Assembly (NCBI GenBank): GCA_030429445.1
Contig: JAUIFG010000003.1
Span: 9,099 to 73,098, forward strand
DNA: 64,000 nucleotides
Direction: 5' to 3'
From: a bacterium
Lineage (GTDB): Bacteria > Patescibacteriota > Saccharimonadia > Saccharimonadales > Saccharimonadaceae
Shown: piece after piece, positions 59,004 to 64,000 of the stretch
Position numbering within the stretch: position 1 is the first letter of the stretch
How the letters are laid out: each line of letters begins with the position of its first letter
The notes under the pieces: model-generated
What the model saw: the letters and a program-made list of their open reading frames with translations, nothing else
Told to the model about the DNA's origin: nothing
Database searches by the model: none
Position numbers and translations under genes: made by a program

Positions 59004-59881
59004 TCATCACCGAGTAAATTGGTTAATCTACCCAAGTCTTTTTCATTTTCGAATCGTATAACAATGGTGCCTGACCCTTTTGAATTTGATCGAATCTGCA
59101 CCGTCGCCCCCAGGTGCTTGGTGAGCTTGTCTGCAGTAGGCGTGTGATAGGATCGCTCCGAAAACGCAGTTGAGTCCGTTTTTTTTGCCTTTTTCATATC
59201 AACAACAAACTGCTCAATCTTTCGCGCGCTCCACTCTTCGGCAATGATCTTTGGTAAGATTTGCTCGACCATGTCTGGATCGGCGCTTACAAGTGGCCGT
59301 GCCTGCCCCTCAGTGAGCCTTCCTTCTCGAATCGCCTTCTTGACACTATCGGGTAGACGTAAAAGCCGCAAAACGTTGCTCACGGCGCTGATAGACTTTC
59401 CACCTACGCGCGCACCAATCTGCTCAAGTGACATGTTGAACTGATCGCGTAATTTGAGGTAAGCAGTCGCTGTTTCAAGTACATTCAAGTCGCGACGCTG
59501 TATGTTCTCTATCAAAGATACTTCGAGTCTGCGCTGATCATCGAGTGAACGAACAAGTGCGGGAATTTTTTGCAACCCTGCCCTTTTTGCACCTCGGAAT
59601 CGACGCTCACCGGCAACAATTTCGTACGAACCATCTTTTGGCATAACAATGATCGGCTGAATAACACCGTGCTCCTTGATTGATTCGGCCATTTCTTCCA
59701 ATGCACTCTCGTCGAACGTCCGACGCGGCTGATCGGGGTTTACCTTGATCTGAGACAAGCTAATTTGATGTAATTCACTCAATTTACCATCCTGCGTGGC
59801 CGTTGGATCGAGTGATTCCTCAATGAGATCAGACGGAATCAGCGAATCAAATCCCCTGCCAAGCCCCTTTTTAATACTCAT
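59000..59881 (-). CDS. parB: Chromosome partitioning protein ParB
   Basis: GLGRG, NPDQPRR, IVAGERRFR, ENIQR. Confidence 0.95.
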   Translation of the reverse strand: MSIKKGLGRGFDSLIPSDLIEESLDPTATQDGKLSELHQISLSQIKVNPDQPRRTFDESALEEMAESIKEHGVIQPIIVMPKDGSYEIVAGERRFRGAKRAGLQKIPALVRSLDDQRRLEVSLIENIQRRDLNVLETATAYLKLRDQFNMSLEQIGARVGGKSISAVSNVLRLLRLPDSVKKAIREGRLTEGQARPLVSADPDMVEQILPKIIAEEWSARKIEQFVVDMKKAKKTDSTAFSERSYHTPTADKLTKHLGATVQIRSNSKGSGTIVIRFENEKDLGRLTNLLGDD

Positions 59882-60648
59882 CTCACCACCTTCAAGCGCT
59901 CTTCAACTTCTTTGGCAACAGCCTTATACGCCCGCGCGCCCTTGCTCCAACGATCGTAGGCGCCGACTGGCACACCATGACTCGGAGCCTCCGCTAGACG
60001 AATGTTTCGTGGGATTGTATTTTGAAATACCTTATCACCAAAATGCTTTTTAATCTCTTGATACACTTGATTGCTTAAAGTGGTACGCGAGTCCATCATC
60101 GTCGGTAAAACGCCCAAAAGCTCAAGACCAGGGTTCATGCCCTTACGTACTAATTTCATTGTTTCTAGTAGTTGTCCTAGGCCTTCGAGAGCATAAAACT
60201 CCGCCTGAACGGGTAAAATAACATACTTGGCAGCAATCAGCCCGTTAACCGTTAGTAGACTCAAGCTTGGCGGACAATCAATAACAACAACATCGTAACC
60301 TTCTACTGATTCCAATGCACTTTTTAGACGAGTAAACTTGTCATTTCCTGAAGCCAATTCTACCTCAACATTTGCCAGATGGGGCGTTGTCGGAAGAATC
60401 GATAAATTCTTGTGACCCGTTGGTCGCACTGCAATTGCCAAGTCTGACGACTGCATCAATACTTCGCCGGTCGTTACGTCCAAGTTATCCTTGTCGATGC
60501 CCAAGCCACTGGTCGCATTTCCCTGTGGATCAAGATCAACCAAAAGTACGTTCTTGCCCGCCTTGGCGAGGTAATAGGCAATATTAATAGCACTGGTTGT
60601 CTTGCCAACTCCACCTTTTTGGTTGGTTGTTGCTATAACAACCGTCAT
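59878..60648 (-). CDS. parA: Chromosome partitioning ATPase ParA/Soj
   Basis: NQKGGVGKTT, DLDPQGNAT, DCPPSL, LAEAPSHG. Confidence 0.96.
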   Translation of the reverse strand: MTVVIATTNQKGGVGKTTSAINIAYYLAKAGKNVLLVDLDPQGNATSGLGIDKDNLDVTTGEVLMQSSDLAIAVRPTGHKNLSILPTTPHLANVEVELASGNDKFTRLKSALESVEGYDVVVIDCPPSLSLLTVNGLIAAKYVILPVQAEFYALEGLGQLLETMKLVRKGMNPGLELLGVLPTMMDSRTTLSNQVYQEIKKHFGDKVFQNTIPRNIRLAEAPSHGVPVGAYDRWSKGARAYKAVAKEVEERLKVVR

Positions 60649-60694
60649 TAGTATTTCCCCTCACTCATTTACTATCATTGTACCATGAGCAAGT

Positions 60695-60724
60695 AAAAAA
60701 TCCCCGCGATGACGGGGATTTTTT
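60695..60724 (-). terminator. Intrinsic terminator after rplU
   Basis: AAAAAATCCCCG-CGATGA-CGGGGATTTTTT. Confidence 0.85.
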
Positions 60725-60729
60725 ATCAG

Positions 60730-61035
60730 CTATTTGATCGAAGTGATCTGAATTTCGCTGTACTTCTGGCGATGACCAGTTTCTTTGTGAACACGCTTTT
60801 TTGACTTGTAGCGGATGATGCGAACCTTGTCGCCTTTTACCTCTGCCTCGGTCACTTTTGCGCTTACCTTGACACCCTTGACGAGTGGCGTTCCAACGAC
60901 AGTTTTATCACCATCGATAGTTAGTAGTGCATCAAGTGCGAGCTCTTTTGTTCCATCCGGGAGGCGGTCCACCAGGAGGGTCTCTTTTTCGGCGACAATA
61001 TATTGTTTGCCACCAACCTTGATTACTGCTTTCAT
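60730..61035 (-). CDS. rplU: 50S ribosomal protein L21
   Basis: AVIKVGGKQY.V, KG.KV, GHRQ. Confidence 0.96.
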   Translation of the reverse strand: MKAVIKVGGKQYIVAEKETLLVDRLPDGTKELALDALLTIDGDKTVVGTPLVKGVKVSAKVTEAEVKGDKVRIIRYKSKKRVHKETGHRQKYSEIQITSIK

Positions 61036-61101
61036 ATGTTCCTCATATTATTAATACAATCAGTAGTAAATTGTAACAGATATGAGCACTATTTACAAGT
61101 A

Positions 61102-61929
61102 TTACTGGCGTTCGACAATCAACTTATTAGCGTGTAGCCAACCATGAACATTACCGCAATCTAAGTACTCACCAACTGCTGGCACTACCGCTACGGTGAC
61201 CTTGTCTGGAATGGCTTGGCTAATAGGATCAGTAATCATGTACTCTCCCGAGACCTCAAGTTGTGAATAATTATAAATACGCGTCAGCATATCATAGTTC
61301 AGCACATACTTGCTGATATTGATCTGGTTACTTGGTGCTTGATCCACCGAAGGCTTCTCGACAATTGCCTGAAATCCGCCAGTGTCTTCATTAAAATCAA
61401 TCACACCATAACGACTCACTTGTTCCCTCGGAATTTCCACCGAAAGCAAACTATTTCCACCCTCTGGCGTTGCGGCTATAAGGCGCGCTAATTCTGACGA
61501 ACCATCCCTGTTGTAGACAAAATCATCGCCAGTCATCATCACCACAGACTCTTCTTTTTTGAGGTGTGGATATACTAGTGCAGCTGGTATTGCTGTACCA
61601 TACTTATCGTTTGAGTCTTGCTCGATATAATGGAAAACGACTTCGCGTGGTGGACGAGCCAGCTCCATCAAATCCTGTTTTCGGTTATACGTCAGAAACT
61701 GATTGAGCTGCTCGTTATCTGAATAATACTGTTGCAGCTGAGTACTTCCTTTGTTCACAACAAAGAATATCTCTTTAATCCCCGCCTTGATACAATCACG
61801 TACGGCATAATCAACAATGGGGCGGTTACCGACCGGTAACATACACTTTTCGATTGCTTTTGTTATTGGCAGGCGCCGTGTTCCCCAGCCTGCAACGGCG
61901 ATAATTGCTTTTGTGGCAGTTGTAGTCAT
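61102..61929 (-). CDS. Sugar-phosphate nucleotidyltransferase (GalU-like)
   Basis: KAIIAVAGWGTRRLPITKAIEKCMLP, IVEKP, YLDCG. Confidence 0.88.
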   Translation of the reverse strand: MTTTATKAIIAVAGWGTRRLPITKAIEKCMLPVGNRPIVDYAVRDCIKAGIKEIFFVVNKGSTQLQQYYSDNEQLNQFLTYNRKQDLMELARPPREVVFHYIEQDSNDKYGTAIPAALVYPHLKKEESVVMMTGDDFVYNRDGSSELARLIAATPEGGNSLLSVEIPREQVSRYGVIDFNEDTGGFQAIVEKPSVDQAPSNQINISKYVLNYDMLTRIYNYSQLEVSGEYMITDPISQAIPDKVTVAVVPAVGEYLDCGNVHGWLHANKLIVERQ

Positions 61930-61944
61930 GATTCTCCTAGTATA

Positions 61945-62838
61945 TTAGATTTGTCCGCCCGAGTACACTGCTACCAACACTACTAATATCGCCACCAAGC
62001 CAGTCGCCTTTAGTAGGCCATGATGGTAGCGCCATGTTTGACGTACTGCCAGTGGAAGCTGGCGACGATATGCATGCGCCAACAAAGCCACCATTGAAAC
62101 TATTAGCAACAATAGTATCGAGCTCAAAACTGCTGGTGATAACGACTGAAGCACTACGCCAAATCGCGACATAGCGCTCAAACTACCAAGAGTGGCGCTA
62201 TTCTCTACTGGTGCAACAACCCCCGCAACAGATGACGCGGGACGGCCAAACAATGCAACAACTAATGTTGTTTGCTTATCGTTTAGCACGCCATCAACAA
62301 CCGCAAAGCCAGCCTCTGTATATTGTTGACCTAGGACATTGTCACGATGTTTCTGCGAAGCCATCCATGCAGAAACTGTTGCTGACGCTGACTGAAAATT
62401 CTTCGCTAGGTTCTCGCCAGCAAATGCATAATTATAATCAACTTTACCAAACCACTGCCACGGAGTTGTTCCATCTGGTGAGTTGTGTGCCCAGTATTGT
62501 TTATCCAGCATGTCCTGCGCTTTCAAAAAGGCAGCTTGCGACAATTGTTTGTTGTATCTCAAAACACCCTCCCCCTTACGTGTACGCTCGTCGTTCACGT
62601 TATTTAACAGGCTAGTCGGCGTAATATTGACCTCTGCCCCCAAAACAGAACCTGTCGATAACCAGTTTGATCCAAAAACAAGTGTCGCTACAAGTATCAG
62701 GACCGTGGTGATACCATATCCTCGAACAAGGTGTGGTCGAAATTGATTCTTTGCGTGCGGAACAACCGCCATTTTTACGTGATGGCGAACACGTTTGTGT
62801 ACAGCGACGATTTTTTTTGATCTTTTTGTTTTCTTCAT
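61945..62838 (-). CDS. CAP (SCP-like) domain membrane protein
   Basis: KAQDML..QYWAH, AGENLA, WMAS..HR.N. Confidence 0.9.
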   Translation of the reverse strand: MKKTKRSKKIVAVHKRVRHHVKMAVVPHAKNQFRPHLVRGYGITTVLILVATLVFGSNWLSTGSVLGAEVNITPTSLLNNVNDERTRKGEGVLRYNKQLSQAAFLKAQDMLDKQYWAHNSPDGTTPWQWFGKVDYNYAFAGENLAKNFQSASATVSAWMASQKHRDNVLGQQYTEAGFAVVDGVLNDKQTTLVVALFGRPASSVAGVVAPVENSATLGSLSAMSRFGVVLQSLSPAVLSSILLLLIVSMVALLAHAYRRQLPLAVRQTWRYHHGLLKATGLVAILVVLVAVYSGGQI

Positions 62839-62877
62839 AATGAATACCGTTTGCGCCTATTATACCGTATTCTTGAT

Positions 62878-62916
62878 AAAAAAAGCGAGAGGCTACTGAT
62901 GGCCTCTCGCTTTTTT
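62878..62916 (-). terminator. Intrinsic terminator
   Basis: AAAAAAGCGAGAGGC...GCCTCTCGCTTTTTT. Confidence 0.85.
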
Positions 62917-62933
62917 ATATTTATTTATTATTT

Positions 62934-64000
62934 TTATGCATTTGCTTCAGAACGTCGTCGCCACAATGCGTACAGTGCGGCAAGGCCAGCAAGAATCAAT
63001 AGCCACCAGTACCATGCGAGGCCAAAGATTGTCCATTCGCTATCGTTTTGGTCAGAAGTACCGAGGATATCTTCGCTAACTGTTTTCGTGTCGCTATTAT
63101 CACCTTCAGTTTGTGCACCCAAAACTTCTTGATCATCAGTATTCGTTGTTGCGTTATCTGGATCAGGAGTTACGGTAGTGCTGATAGTAGCAGGAGTTGT
63201 CTCGGTAGCAGGTATCTCCTCAACCGTGATAGTGCCCGGTACTGTTATTGCGTTACCATACGTATCGGTACTAACAACCTCGATATCATGCGTACCAGTA
63301 GTCTGTGTTGGGAATGTATACGTCCAGTCATATGTGCCGTCACCATTTACAACCGTATCAACCGTCGCCAAGACTCCGTCAACCGTCACGACATCATCTG
63401 CGCCGTCAGTTGTACCAGTGATAGTTGGCGTTAGGCTTGTGCCGGTGTAGCCACCTACTGTTAGTGCTGGTGCCGTATTATCAACCGTAATTGTTACCGA
63501 ATCACTGGCTGGGTTGCCCGCAGCATCTGTACCTTCAAACGTGATTACATAAACACCGCTTGCGAAGCCAGTTGTATCCCAATCGTAGCTTGTAAAGACA
63601 GCTTCATCAGCTTCAGTCTGAACGGGCGTACCGTCAATCGAAAGAGTATAGCTCACTGCATCGTCACTCGTACCAGTTATTGGTACTAAAGCGTTGTGCC
63701 CGACCGTTGCACTATCAAGTGCATCAGTGATGTCTACTACTGGAGCAGTTGTATCGATTGTTACTGTCTTTACAACATCGACAGATCGGTTGCCACTGCT
63801 AGCCGTACCGCCGGCTAAGTCTCGAGCAGCAACAGTAATCGTATATTCTCCATCTTCTGTTAACGTATAGAGTAGTTTATCGGTAATACCGCTACTGAGA
63901 ACTGTTTGACTCTTTATGACAGAGCCGTTCTTTTTAATCTGAAACCAGTAGTGGCGCAAATTAGCATCGCTTACCGACGCTCGAACTTCGACATCACCGT
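62934..64000 (-). CDS. Large surface protein with bacterial Ig-like repeats and C-terminal anchor, 3' part (runs off window end)
   Basis: Repeats ending IDTTAP / VDNTAP, TDAAGN, TDTYGN; Thr-rich linker; WYWWLLILAGLAALYALWRRR anchor; frame is open to 64000. Confidence 0.85.
   Translation of the reverse strand, partial: GDVEVRASVSDANLRHYWFQIKKNGSVIKSQTVLSSGITDKLLYTLTEDGEYTITVAARDLAGGTASSGNRSVDVVKTVTIDTTAPVVDITDALDSATVGHNALVPITGTSDDAVSYTLSIDGTPVQTEADEAVFTSYDWDTTGFASGVYVITFEGTDAAGNPASDSVTITVDNTAPALTVGGYTGTSLTPTITGTTDGADDVVTVDGVLATVDTVVNGDGTYDWTYTFPTQTTGTHDIEVVSTDTYGNAITVPGTITVEEIPATETTPATISTTVTPDPDNATTNTDDQEVLGAQTEGDNSDTKTVSEDILGTSDQNDSEWTIFGLAWYWWLLILAGLAALYALWRRRSEANA

Noticed and set aside
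21754..61035. rplU and rpmA far apart; pyrH missing between tsf and frr; short tsf and proS
   Set aside because: Consistent with ordinary genome reduction and rearrangement in CPR bacteria, not a new system.
1..64000. CRISPR arrays, tRNA/rRNA genes, transposases, integrases, prophage genes
   Set aside because: No regularly spaced direct repeats, cloverleaf or rRNA signatures, or mobile-element ORFs were recognised by eye. A tRNAscan/Infernal run would be needed to exclude small RNAs.

Overview
A 64-kb chromosomal segment of a small-genome bacterium, most likely Candidatus Saccharibacteria (TM7/CPR). This is inferred from eukaryote-type glyQS, short proS and tsf, no pyrH between tsf and frr, DUF5663-like and CAP proteins, ftsEX followed by two CHAP hydrolases, and many starts directly behind a -10 box. 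From about 13 kb to the end it is mostly housekeeping: glyQS, recO, xseAB, rpmA, ftsEX, prfB, murI/murD, secA, hpf, serS, lysS, greA, proS, frr, tsf, rpsB, rpmE2, prfA, prmC, htrA, lepB, parAB, rplU. The first 13 kb is accessory. The most striking element is a convergent two-gene pupylation-like module: a divergent PafA/Dop-family carboxylate-amine ligase (3221-4612) facing a Pup (4614-4823) whose C-terminal half closely matches mycobacterial Pup and ends in GGQ, with no proteasome, ATPase or second Dop/PafA gene in the window. Next to it is a cell-surface cluster: class F sortase, an unannotated 56-aa sorting-signal-like peptide, a GT2 glycosyltransferase, a lipoprotein polysaccharide deacetylase and a mycobacterial-style secreted Cys peptide. 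Two other oddities are a 163-nt palindromic element inserted in the 5' end of glyQS, and a kinase/receiver pair upstream of recO in which both phospho-acceptor residues are Ser. No rRNA, tRNA, CRISPR array or transposase was recognised. All family calls come from reading motifs; no database search was run.
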